From: a virus | Reading direction: 5' to 3' (one strand) | Length of the DNA stretch: 38,815 nucleotides | UHGV virus genome: UHGV-0040013 | Shown: piece by piece, positions 1-7,636 of the stretch | Layout: every line of letters begins with the position of its first letter | Position numbering within the stretch: position 1 is the stretch's first letter | The notes under the pieces: generated by a model | What the model saw: the letters and a program-made list of their open reading frames with translations, nothing else | Told to the model about the DNA's origin: nothing | Databases searched by the model: none | Made by a program: the position numbers and the translations under genes

Positions 1-150
1 GAGGGCAGCATCGACCTCAACCGGCTCTACAATGCCGCGAGAACGCAGGTGGACGGAAAGAAGATCCCACTGACCATTCCGGTCATTGGGGAGCTGCGGT
101 TTGATGCCAACGACGTCGACCGGCTTTACAAATACATTCAGGAGGCGTGA
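1..150 (+). CDS. 3-prime end of an upstream gene (last 49 codons, hypothetical)
   Basis: Open frame 1 running into the window and ending at TGA 148-150; followed 1 nt later by next gene with AGGAGG RBS. No recognisable motif. Confidence 0.4.
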   Translation, partial: EGSIDLNRLYNAARTQVDGKKIPLTIPVIGELRFDANDVDRLYKYIQEA

Positions 151-151
151 T

Positions 152-631
152 ATGGGAAAAGAACATTACATTGAGCAACTGAAAGAGCAGCTGCATGAGA
201 TCATGGAGCGCCCGGTGACGCTTGGGCGCGCGGAAGAAGTCATGGTGTACGCGGACGCCATCTGTGCGCTGCACAAACTGGACGATGACCATTTTCGTGA
301 GTCCACGAAAATGATGGAATTCACCCGCGAGGATGCTGAAAAGTGGGTATCGCACATGGAAAACGAGGACGGTACGACCGGCGCACACTGGACGATGGAG
401 CAGACGGATGCTGTGGCCAATATCACAGGTGTTCATGCGAAGTCCTGCATCTGGTGGGCGGCAATGAACATGATGTACTCGGATTATTATTCCGTGGCAG
501 CGAAATACGGCCTGGACCGGCCAGAATTCTATGCTGATCTCGCCAAAGCCTTCCTCATGGATAAGGATGCCGGAAGAGCGGAGGCGAAGATGGCCGGGTA
601 TTATCATGGGATTGTGCTCCGTCACAGCTAA
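152..631 (+). CDS. hypothetical protein (159 aa)
   Basis: ATG at 152 preceded by AGGAGG (140-145) at ideal spacing; 6-frame ORF 86..631 in same frame. No motif recognised. Lies outside the integrase-proximal att core, so likely belongs to a neighbouring element or host. Confidence 0.55.
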   Translation: MGKEHYIEQLKEQLHEIMERPVTLGRAEEVMVYADAICALHKLDDDHFRESTKMMEFTREDAEKWVSHMENEDGTTGAHWTMEQTDAVANITGVHAKSCIWWAAMNMMYSDYYSVAAKYGLDRPEFYADLAKAFLMDKDAGRAEAKMAGYYHGIVLRHS

Positions 632-700
632 CGCCTATTGCACATCTATTGCAGATACAGCAAAATTTCTATTGTAAAATCAACACATCCTGAATGAATG

Positions 701-742
701 GGGTTCAAGAGGCCGCTAGTTCGAATCTAGTCACTCGGACCA
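701..742 (+). tRNA. 3-prime fragment of a tRNA gene (T-arm GCTAG-TTCGAAT-CTAGT, acceptor 3-prime strand, discriminator, CCA); no matching 5-prime half upstream. Putative attachment-site core carried by the element.
   Basis: Canonical T-loop TTCGAAT flanked by 5-bp stem, then CACTCGG-A-CCA at 732-742; complement CCGAGTG not present in the 80 nt upstream, so not a complete tRNA. Confidence 0.55.
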
Positions 743-747
743 GAAAA

Positions 748-784
748 TACCGCAAAACGTATGTTTTGCGGTATTTTTCTTTTG
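748..784 (+). terminator. Rho-independent terminator (12-bp stem ATACCGCAAAAC/GTTTTGCGGTAT, loop GTAT, then TTTTCTTTT)
   Basis: Perfect inverted repeat followed by T-run directly after the tRNA fragment; typical tRNA-gene terminator retained in attP-derived sequence. Confidence 0.7.
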
Positions 785-840
785 TTCCTTTGCGAAATTA
801 TACTGGTATGAATCAGACTAAACTGGTCTGTTTTGTTCTA

Positions 841-860
841 TTGCATACGCTGTTGCATAC
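841..860. repeat. Two direct copies of TTGCATAC (841-848, 853-860) between att core and integrase stop; candidate arm-type integrase binding sites
   Basis: Exact 8-bp direct repeat with 4-bp spacer, located about 20 bp beyond the integrase stop codon, near the att core. Confidence 0.3.
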
Positions 861-877
861 AATATCAAGAGGGCAAA

Positions 878-1990
878 TTAGAGCTGTGTGGCGATATTTA
901 CGGCAGATTTCAGGTCGGTATGGGTGTAATGTGTGGTCATTTCCATCGAAGTGTGCCCGATCATGGCCATTTTGTCAGCGTCCGGCGCGTCAATTTTTTT
1001 CATGAGGGTTGCAAAAGTATGGCGACAGGAGTGCGGCACCAGGCGGCGCACTCCTGCCTGCTCCAGCGCCGGATAATACCATTTCTCTCGGAATTTTTTC
1101 TGCTGCACTTTCTTCCCGTCCTCGGAAAAGATGAATCCTGGCTTTTCCCATTGCAGCACGTAGTCAATGATTTTAGGGCTGATGGCCACAATGCGGTGCA
1201 TACCGGCCTCGGTCTTTTCGCCGCCGACAAAATAATAGCTCTGGTTGACCTCGTCATAATGGAGATCTGTGTCTTGAAGCTGGAGCAGCTCCTCAAGCCG
1301 GAAACCGGTGTAACACAGGATGAGCACAAGCTCGATCCTTGGCACTGTGCCGACGGCTTTTTTCATTTTTTCGAGTTCCTCATCGGTAAACGGTTCGCGG
1401 CCAGCCTGCGTCTCGCCGCCCACGCGGAGAAGCTCTGCATAATTCTTGCCGACGACGTCGTCGCGCATTGCAAAGCGAAACAGCATCGTCCCCAGTGCCT
1501 TCATGTTTTCCTGCGTCCGGCGCCCCATCGGACAGGCATCCAGGCAGGCCTGCAATGCTGCCGTCTTTAAATCGGCCATCTTCGCAAACCAGATCGGTTC
1601 ATAGTATTTGTAGGCGGCCTTGTAGCAATTCATTGTGCTGGCCTTTACGTCCTTTTCGTGCTCGGCCTCCCATTTTTCATAGATCTGCCGGAATGTGATG
1701 TTCGCTGACAAGGCAGACAGCTGGACGCGGAGCTGCGGGATATACTCCTGCGCTTCGCGCTTTGTTTTAAAGCCGCTCTTCGTTCGCGTCCGGCGCATAG
1801 GCTTCCCGCCCGGGCCTGGAATATAGCCCAGCGTGGCAACAGCGCGCCATGTGCCATTCGGCAGCTTGTAGACACTGCCGGTGCCATTCCCCCGTGCTTT
1901 TGGTCTTCGTTCCGGCCTCTCCTGCTTCGCGCCGCACTGGGCGCAGAATGGGCCGTCCGGAACGTCTTGTTTACATTTGCGGCAGATCAT
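878..1990 (-). CDS. int: site-specific tyrosine integrase (phage integrase family) with N-terminal zinc-ribbon
   Basis: 370 aa ORF; N-terminal CxxC...CxxC; C-terminal catalytic signature ...HSCRHTFATLM... and ...MIGHTSMEMTTHYTHT (R-H-R-Y tetrad region). Adjacent to att core. Confidence 0.95.
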   Translation of the reverse strand: MICRKCKQDVPDGPFCAQCGAKQERPERRPKARGNGTGSVYKLPNGTWRAVATLGYIPGPGGKPMRRTRTKSGFKTKREAQEYIPQLRVQLSALSANITFRQIYEKWEAEHEKDVKASTMNCYKAAYKYYEPIWFAKMADLKTAALQACLDACPMGRRTQENMKALGTMLFRFAMRDDVVGKNYAELLRVGGETQAGREPFTDEELEKMKKAVGTVPRIELVLILCYTGFRLEELLQLQDTDLHYDEVNQSYYFVGGEKTEAGMHRIVAISPKIIDYVLQWEKPGFIFSEDGKKVQQKKFREKWYYPALEQAGVRRLVPHSCRHTFATLMKKIDAPDADKMAMIGHTSMEMTTHYTHTDLKSAVNIATQL

Positions 1991-1994
1991 AGCG

Positions 1995-2399
1995 TCACCC
2001 CCAATAGCGGAGACAGATCGCAGCCGTCAGATGGTCGCGCACCCAGCCGATCTTTGGACTGAGCAGATCGACGAGCAGGAGTATCCCGGCCAGAAAGACA
2101 ATGCCGAGCAGCGCGGCGATGATCTTTCGCTTTAACTTCATGGATTGCTGGCAGAACGCGACTGTTTGACGTAGGTGCTCAATTTCCTTCCGTGCGTCGT
2201 GAAGCTCCTGCGGGATATCAGATTCCGGTGGAACATCATCCGGATGGATGTCGCAAAAGCGGTCGAGCGAGATATGCAGGAGGCGACAGACAGGGCCTAC
2301 AGTGTCGATTCCGGGATTTAATATTTCCCCACGCATGAATTGACCAATGTTCTTCAGAGACTTTCCGGAGGCGTTAGCCAAATCTTGATAGGTCATGTT
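1995..2399 (-). CDS. membrane-anchored XRE-family HTH protein (HTH N-terminus, coiled region, C-terminal TM helix)
   Basis: Start chosen at ATG 2399 (GGAAAG SD 8 nt upstream) rather than the longest ORF start 2480; HTH segment MTYQDLANASGKSLKNIGQFMRGE; hydrophobic stretch IIAALLGIVFLAGILLLVDLL near C-terminus. Stop 5 nt before integrase start: same leftward operon. Confidence 0.6.
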   Translation of the reverse strand, partial: NMTYQDLANASGKSLKNIGQFMRGEILNPGIDTVGPVCRLLHISLDRFCDIHPDDVPPESDIPQELHDARKEIEHLRQTVAFCQQSMKLKRKIIAALLGIVFLAGILLLVDLLSPKIGWVRDHLTAAICLRYWG

Positions 2400-2624
2400 C
2401 GGATAGCGGCTTTCCTTCTTGTTTCGACAAATTTCAGACAAATCTTGTTTCAAAAAACGACTTCCTTTCAAAAAAAGCACTTATATGGGAACAAAAAAGG
2501 AACTTACGGTTCTCGACAAATCACCTTCCCGGGGTGTAATCTGTACTTGCAAGCAGCTCCCACACGCTTGCAGCGGCCAAAAAGCCCCGCCGTCGATGGG
2601 ATGATCGACGACGGGGTGATCCCA

Positions 2625-3503
2625 TCACAACTGTATGCTCCATTCGCCAACAGCCTTAACTACCAAAAGTGTTGGTGTCCCAGAAATCAAGACAGTTCCG
2701 TTGTAAACCTCAGTTGTATTAACCAGCAAATCGCCACCAACGCCATACGTCCACACCGCGAAGTGATGCTCTCCAGCATTGCCGGAGATATGTGCTGTTG
2801 TCCCGTAACTTTTGATCAAGAGAACAGCGTCTCCATAACCGGAATAGTTGGTGTCCGCACTGATGCTGCCTGTATCGTAAATAGATCGCAGTTCGATTTT
2901 CCATGCTCCGCTGGCTTTTACCTCTATCGACGCTACATCGTAGCTCGGGTCTATTGTAAACCCGCTATACGCTTCTGTGGTGTTGACCAGCAACTCTCCA
3001 TATTCCCCCGCTGAATTGTATGTAGTCACTGAAAAGTGTTTCGCATCACTATTCCCTGTAATGTAAAATGCAAACGGATAATCAGGGGTAACGATGGATA
3101 GCACATCGTCTCCATAACCTTCAAGGATTCGCGGCTTTGGTATATCTACTGGAATCTGCATATCATTTTGCACGTTCTGTGACTGCTGCTGATATTCGCC
3201 CTGTATGGTCGGCGTAGTCATCGCTGTATCTGGCTCATTCGTTTTTGCGTTTAATCGTATTGCCCCAATTATACTGCCACCGATTGGAACTGCGGCAAGC
3301 ACTGCCACAACCAAAAACAACGGTATTTGATACAGTTTTCGAGCCGACACGACTTTGCAGTATTTTGCAGTCCGCACAACGCCAATCAGCGGAAGGACGA
3401 TACCGAGCAGATACACATGCCACACAAGCATGAAAAGGCCCAAAATGATTAGTATTACATACAGATACACGTTTTTCCCATTGCCATTATCTTTTGCGCT
3501 CAT
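2625..3503 (-). CDS. membrane protein with N-terminal TM helices and two tandem ~50-aa beta-rich repeats (hypothetical; lysogeny-module cargo)
   Basis: Start ATG 3503 preceded by GGAGGAG SD (longest ORF to 3545 lacks SD). Internal repeat: ...EHFSVTTYNSAGEYGELLVNTTEAYSGFTIDP... vs ...EHHFAVWTYGVGGDLLVNTTEVYNGTVLISG...; visibly lower GC than flanks. Confidence 0.6.
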   Translation of the reverse strand: MSAKDNGNGKNVYLYVILIILGLFMLVWHVYLLGIVLPLIGVVRTAKYCKVVSARKLYQIPLFLVVAVLAAVPIGGSIIGAIRLNAKTNEPDTAMTTPTIQGEYQQQSQNVQNDMQIPVDIPKPRILEGYGDDVLSIVTPDYPFAFYITGNSDAKHFSVTTYNSAGEYGELLVNTTEAYSGFTIDPSYDVASIEVKASGAWKIELRSIYDTGSISADTNYSGYGDAVLLIKSYGTTAHISGNAGEHHFAVWTYGVGGDLLVNTTEVYNGTVLISGTPTLLVVKAVGEWSIQL

Positions 3504-3661
3504 CCGTTTCTCCTCCAGTTGAAAACTATTGTGTGCAAAGTTCAAAACCTTGCGATATAATTTTTATACGACCATCAAATTATGAGGGATTGAGAAAGAA
3601 AGGAAGTGCTCAGGAATGACCGACCTGCTCCAAGAATTGATGTCGCTCACACCGGAAGGAC

Positions 3662-3994
3662 TTAGTCGTTTTGCCGGGTATATCGCTGCCTTAAAAACGC
3701 GAGATAAGAGCGAGCCTCAGCCTGAGCATCCGGCGGAAGCTCCATAAATTCTTTTGCTACTTTGTAGACCTCATCGGGTACTCCGGTGAGGTTTTCTTTT
3801 TTGTCGTCGCTGTCATCGATCAAGTAATCGACGGATACGCCAAAAAAGTCGGCAATCATTTTCCAGATTTTCATTCCTGGATCGTACTTCCCTGTCTCGT
3901 ATCCGGAGATTGCTGCCTGTGATAAATTCAGCGCCTCCGCCAGTTCTTTTTGATTCAGCCCCTTGCTCAAACGGACTTGCTTCAGACGATTCAT
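3662..3994 (-). CDS. CI-like phage repressor, XRE-family HTH
   Basis: ATG 3994 with GAGGTGAGGG SD; HTH LSKGLNQKELAEALNLSQAAISGYETGK; divergent from Cro-like gene across operator region. Confidence 0.85.
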   Translation of the reverse strand: MNRLKQVRLSKGLNQKELAEALNLSQAAISGYETGKYDPGMKIWKMIADFFGVSVDYLIDDSDDKKENLTGVPDEVYKVAKEFMELPPDAQAEARSYLAFLRQRYTRQND

Positions 3995-4029
3995 GGCCCT
4001 CACCTCGTTTATATTATATCAGCCTTTTT

Positions 4030-4060
4030 TATTTTTCCTACAAAAAATAAAGAAAATTTA
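4030..4060 (-). promoter_or_regulatory. approximate leftward (repressor) promoter region in AT-rich spacer
   Basis: On minus strand a TATAAT (complement of 4011-4016 region) about 20 nt upstream of the cI SD; -35 poorly defined. Position approximate. Confidence 0.3.
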
Positions 4061-4079
4061 TAAAATTTGATTTTTGCTA

Positions 4080-4132
4080 TTGACATATCAAGTTTCTTGA
4101 TATATAATCCAGAATATCAAGAAACCTTATAT
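4080..4132 (+). promoter_or_regulatory. Rightward early promoter TTGACA(4080-4085)-17bp-TATAAT(4103-4108) with operator O1 = perfect 19-bp palindrome ATATCAAG-TTT-CTTGATAT (4085-4103) filling the spacer, and imperfect second operator ATATCAAG-AAA-CCTTATAT (4114-4132)
   Basis: Read directly: consensus -35 and -10 with 17-bp spacer; 8-3-8 palindrome; second copy shares left half-site exactly. Confidence 0.65.
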
Positions 4133-4148
4133 TTAATCAAGACAGAAG

Positions 4149-4361
4149 GTGATTAACATTAACGGTATCAAATCCAAGCGTGTCGAAGCGGGCCTGTCGC
4201 AAAAGCAGCTCGCAGAGATCATGGGCGTCACACAGGCGGCCATTGCGAATTGGGAGACCGGCGGCGTGTATCCGCGCGCCTCGCAGCTCCCGGCGCTGGC
4301 CGAGGCGCTGAACTGCACCATCGATGATCTTTACAACGGCGGAAAGGAGGCGGGCGGATGA
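4149..4361 (+). CDS. Cro-like XRE-family HTH regulator
   Basis: HTH KRVEAGLSQKQLAEIMGVTQAAIANWETG; first in-frame start is GTG 4149 directly abutting AGAAGG, so exact start uncertain (non-canonical start possible). Confidence 0.7.
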   Translation: MININGIKSKRVEAGLSQKQLAEIMGVTQAAIANWETGGVYPRASQLPALAEALNCTIDDLYNGGKEAGG

Positions 4362-4540
4362 CGGACGCAAGATTGCGGCGCAAGGTCATGAGCCTAGAGC
4401 GGCGGCTCTCTGAGGCCGAGGAAAAAATCCGCGCATTGGGCTCGGTTGCCGAAGCTGCAATAGAACTCTCCGCAGAACCCGCGGAAGATTTTATTGATCA
4501 GTATCTGGCTGGCTACTATGATCGGAGGTCATGCGTATGA
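4358..4540 (+). CDS. hypothetical small protein (60 aa), coiled-coil-like
   Basis: ATGA overlap with cro stop; no motif. Confidence 0.5.
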   Translation: MTDARLRRKVMSLERRLSEAEEKIRALGSVAEAAIELSAEPAEDFIDQYLAGYYDRRSCV

Positions 4541-4656
4541 ACGATCGAGAGAACGAGGAACGCCGATACCGTATCGGTATGTGGATCAAGCTGACCCTGA
4601 CAGCGCTTGCGCTGCTGGGGTGGATCATTGAGCTGAAAAAGCTCGGCGCATTTTGA
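4537..4656 (+). CDS. small membrane protein (39 aa, one TM helix)
   Basis: Not in ORF track (<60 aa). ATG 4537 overlaps preceding TGA (ATGA) and is preceded by GGAGGT at 7-nt spacing; hydrophobic core LTLTALALLGWII. Confidence 0.4.
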   Translation: MNDRENEERRYRIGMWIKLTLTALALLGWIIELKKLGAF

Positions 4657-4672
4657 GAAAGGAGCGAAAGGA

Positions 4673-4876
4673 ATGTCTACGATGGATGAACTGCGGAGCT
4701 GCCAGAAGTTCTTTATCACGCCTTGCGAGGCCGCGCCGTATATCGGCGTCAATCCGCACTGGATCAGGCTGATGGCTCGTGAGCATCCGGAGCGGCTCGG
4801 ATTTGACACGCTGTGTGTCAATAACAGAGTCAAGATCAACCGTGCGTCATTTATCCGTTTTTTGGAGGGCACATGA
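4673..4876 (+). CDS. small HTH DNA-binding protein, excisionase/Xis-like (HTH_17-like)
   Basis: GAAAGGAGCGAAAGGA SD; 67 aa; segment FITPCEAAPYIGVNPHWIRLMARE resembles excisionase-type HTH. Family assignment by eye only. Confidence 0.55.
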   Translation: MSTMDELRSCQKFFITPCEAAPYIGVNPHWIRLMAREHPERLGFDTLCVNNRVKINRASFIRFLEGT

Positions 4877-4918
4877 TCTCCACCACTGATATTATCCCAC
4901 CAAAGGAGTGAGAAATCC

Positions 4919-5365
4919 ATGCAGGAAGCATACATCAATATCTGCGCGGGGTGTCGAAAAAAGGCACATAAGACGCAGGAGCAGTGGGCAGAAGTGCTGC
5001 GCGTGTCGGTCGAAACAGTCAAGGCCTGGGAAGGCAATCACCGTATCCCGGACAACTATCATGTCTGCCTGATGGTCAATGCCTGCGGCGATACCTGGTT
5101 CGCGTACAAGCACCTTTTGCAGATCTCAGATAGCCTGAACGTGCTGCCGGATATGAAGCGTCAGCCGCTTCCGTTGGCCGTGATCCAGCTGGTCAACCGC
5201 ATCATCGGCTTTGCCGACCGGAACCGCGACAAGGAGCTGCTGCGCATCGCCGAGGACGGAGTGATCGACACCGCCGAGCGGCCAGCCTACGACCAGATTG
5301 TGAACGAGCTGAACGACATCATCGCGGCGGCCTACACGCTGCGCTATGCGGAGGATTCGGAATGA
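4919..5365 (+). CDS. HTH-domain protein (XRE-like N-terminus), hypothetical early regulator
   Basis: AAAGGAGTGAGAAA SD; HTH-like AHKTQEQWAEVLRVSVETVKAWEG. Confidence 0.6.
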   Translation: MQEAYINICAGCRKKAHKTQEQWAEVLRVSVETVKAWEGNHRIPDNYHVCLMVNACGDTWFAYKHLLQISDSLNVLPDMKRQPLPLAVIQLVNRIIGFADRNRDKELLRIAEDGVIDTAERPAYDQIVNELNDIIAAAYTLRYAEDSE

Positions 5366-5495
5366 AAAGGGCAGAAAAAAAGAGCCGCCCGGCTGCTGCG
5401 AACAACCGAGCGACTGCGTATCCCGTGAACGAGACACCTGTAAGCATCTTCAGTATATCATCAGAATGTTTGTTTTGCAAGGGGGTGAATCGATT

Positions 5496-6269
5496 TTGAG
5501 CGAAGATTTTCGCGCCTTTTGGTCGGTCATCCCGGCCACGGTGCTGGATGATATGTCCATCCCGGCCAATGCGAAGATCCTCTATGGGGTGCTGTCGTCG
5601 CTGATGCGGCGCGAGGGTTATTGCTGGCCCAGCAATGCGCAGCTTGCCGAGGCGATGCACTGCTCCGAGGACGTGGTCAAACGATGGGTGTCGGCGCTGG
5701 CCGAGGCCGGACACATCCGCGTCCGCATCGAGCCAAACCGCAAGGTCGGCGGAAAGATCCGCTACATCTCGCCAGTGCTGGCAGAGCCGTCCATCACGCC
5801 CTCGCAGGATGGGTACGGGGACGAATGTCCCGGTACGTACGGGGATAAACTTCCCCGGGTAGGGGGACAAACTTCCCCGTCTATATATAAGGATGGATAT
5901 AAAAAAGAGAATAAAAAGAAAAAGGAAAAAGAAAAGCCGCAATCGGCTGACGCCGTTGCGTCCGCGCTTCTGTACAAATGCGAGCTGCACGGTCAGCCGC
6001 TGGTGGATGCCATGCAGCGGTTTTTGCAGATGCGCGTTGAGATCAAAAAGCCGGTCAAGTCCATGCAGGCTGCTGCCATGCTTTGGAACAAGCTCGTCAA
6101 GCTGTCTGCCGGAGACCCGGATTACATGGTCGCCCTGCTGGATAAGGCGACCGAGCGGCAATGGCTGAGTTTGTTCCCGCTGAAGGACGACGAGCTGCCG
6201 CAGAACCGGCAGGCTGTCCCGGCTGATAATGCCGGGCGCGTGGATCTCAGCGGCGTGGAGTTCGTGTGA
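5496..6269 (+). CDS. replisome organizer / DnaD-like replication initiator (N-terminal winged-helix, Lys-rich linker, C-terminal DnaD-like domain)
   Basis: Start assigned to TTG 5496 preceded by AAGGGGGTGA (longest ORF from 5346 has no SD); N-terminal ...AKILYGVLSSLMRREGYCWPSNAQLAEAMHCSEDVVKRWVSALAEAGHI...; 1-nt overlap (TGATG) with DnaB gene. Confidence 0.7.
   Translation: MSEDFRAFWSVIPATVLDDMSIPANAKILYGVLSSLMRREGYCWPSNAQLAEAMHCSEDVVKRWVSALAEAGHIRVRIEPNRKVGGKIRYISPVLAEPSITPSQDGYGDECPGTYGDKLPRVGGQTSPSIYKDGYKKENKKKKEKEKPQSADAVASALLYKCELHGQPLVDAMQRFLQMRVEIKKPVKSMQAAAMLWNKLVKLSAGDPDYMVALLDKATERQWLSLFPLKDDELPQNRQAVPADNAGRVDLSGVEFV
5811..5938. promoter_or_regulatory. Candidate origin of replication inside the initiator gene: three GTA(C/G)GGGGA iterons (5813, 5837, 5859; 22-24 bp spacing), two GGGGA(T/C)AAACTTCCCC mini-palindromes (5841-5856, 5863-5878), then an A-rich tract (5881-5938)
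   Basis: Read directly from sequence; iterons plus adjacent AT/A-rich region within the initiator ORF is the lambda-O-type ori architecture. Confidence 0.45.
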
Positions 6270-7636
6270 TGGCCAGCAAGCAAGACGCGCTGATCAGCGC
6301 ACAGACTTCCGTCCTCGGCTCGATGATCATCGATTCGCGCTGCGTCCCCGTCGTGATGGAGACGATCAAGGAGGACTATTTTACGGTCGGCCAGTATCGG
6401 ACGATCTTCAATGCGATCCGTGCGCTGGCTGGCGAGGGACGTCCGATCGATGCCGTGACGGTGCTCGACCGGGCCGGAAAAGCCTACGCCGACCTGATCG
6501 GCCAGATCATCACGGTTACACCGACCGCCGCCAATGTCCGCGAGTATTGCCGTATCCTGCGGAGCGAGGCCCGCTTGCAGCTGCTCAAGGACGCAGCCGG
6601 CGCAATGCTCGACGCGGAGGACGAAGACGAGATCCGCACGGCGCTGGATCAGGTCAACCGCATCATGGTCGACAAGCCTGGCATCCGAGCCATGAATATG
6701 GCGCAGGCCCTGGAAGATTTCTACCGGCGGCACGATCCATCCGTCAAGCCGGACTTCCTGCCGTGGAAGTTTGCCAAGCTCAACAAGTACCTTCGGACGG
6801 AGCCGGGAGACCTCATCTACATCGGCGGCTATCCCTCGGACGGCAAGACCACGCTGGCTCTGCACACGGCCCGAGAGCAGGCAAAAACCAAAAAGGTCGG
6901 GTTCTTCAGCTATGAAACAAACTGTGGGAAGCTGGCAGACGCGATGGTCTGCGCTGCCGCGCAGATCGGCCTGCCAACCATCCAACTCAACAAACTCGGC
7001 GAAAACGAGTGGGACGAACTGGCCTACATTTCTTCGGATTTCACGGGGCGCAACCTCGACATCATTGAGGCCGCGGGCATGACGGTCACGGACATCCGTC
7101 TCTACACCATGGCGCACCACTACGACGTGATCTACATCGACTATGTCCAGCTCATCCCGGCCAGCGGGAAAAGCCGCTGGGAACAGGAGGATTTCCAGCG
7201 GGTCAGCGCCAACAGCCGCGCGCTCAAACTCTTCGGCCTCCAGTGCGGTGTAACGATCGTGGCACTCAGTCAGATGGCGAGGCCGCAGCGCAACAAGGAC
7301 GGCATGATCCCGCCTCCGACAATGTCCAGCCTCCGCAGCACCGGCCAGATTGAGCAGGATGCGGACGCCGTCTTGCTGATGTTCCGCGAGGATCAAAAGG
7401 CAAAGGATGCCGACCGCATCATCACCTTCGGCAAGATCAAGACCGGCGCGGCCGGCGGCTCTTTCAAGCTCCACTTTGACGGTGAGATGCAGACGTTCAG
7501 CGACAAGCCGAACGAGCGCAAGACGCGCCGCGAAGAGGTGCAGCAACAGACAAAAATGCAGGAATTCCGGGAACTTCCCAAAAGCGAACCGCTCCCGGAT
7601 GATTTCCCGTTTGAACGAAAGGAAGATAACACATGA
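6266..7636 (+). CDS. dnaB: replicative DNA helicase, DnaB family
   Basis: 456 aa; N-terminal DnaB-type domain, Walker A GGYPSDGKTTLAL, conserved IDYVQLI and RecA-like C-terminus; ATG at 6269 (GTG 6266 in track). Confidence 0.9.
   Translation: MMASKQDALISAQTSVLGSMIIDSRCVPVVMETIKEDYFTVGQYRTIFNAIRALAGEGRPIDAVTVLDRAGKAYADLIGQIITVTPTAANVREYCRILRSEARLQLLKDAAGAMLDAEDEDEIRTALDQVNRIMVDKPGIRAMNMAQALEDFYRRHDPSVKPDFLPWKFAKLNKYLRTEPGDLIYIGGYPSDGKTTLALHTAREQAKTKKVGFFSYETNCGKLADAMVCAAAQIGLPTIQLNKLGENEWDELAYISSDFTGRNLDIIEAAGMTVTDIRLYTMAHHYDVIYIDYVQLIPASGKSRWEQEDFQRVSANSRALKLFGLQCGVTIVALSQMARPQRNKDGMIPPPTMSSLRSTGQIEQDADAVLLMFREDQKAKDADRIITFGKIKTGAAGGSFKLHFDGEMQTFSDKPNERKTRREEVQQQTKMQEFRELPKSEPLPDDFPFERKEDNT

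Noticed and set aside
862-869. Extra copy of operator half-site ATATCAAG next to the integrase stop
   Set aside because: A single 8-mer is expected by chance about once in a 39-kb window on two strands; no palindromic partner.
833-1570. 245-aa plus-strand ORF overlapping the integrase on the opposite strand
   Set aside because: Integrase on minus strand has full catalytic signature; this frame has no SD and odd composition.
4085-4108. CTTGATAT within the cro operator resembles the CTTGATA nick motif of pC194/phiX174-type rolling-circle origins
   Set aside because: It is 10 kb from the rep gene, sits exactly in the sigma70 promoter spacer, and is fully explained as a palindromic repressor operator; likely coincidence.
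5346-5495. N-terminal 50 codons of the longest replisome-organizer ORF (MRRIRNEKGRKK...)
   Set aside because: No SD; a TTG with strong SD at 5496 gives a protein beginning at the conserved winged-helix domain. The upstream part is probably untranslated leader.
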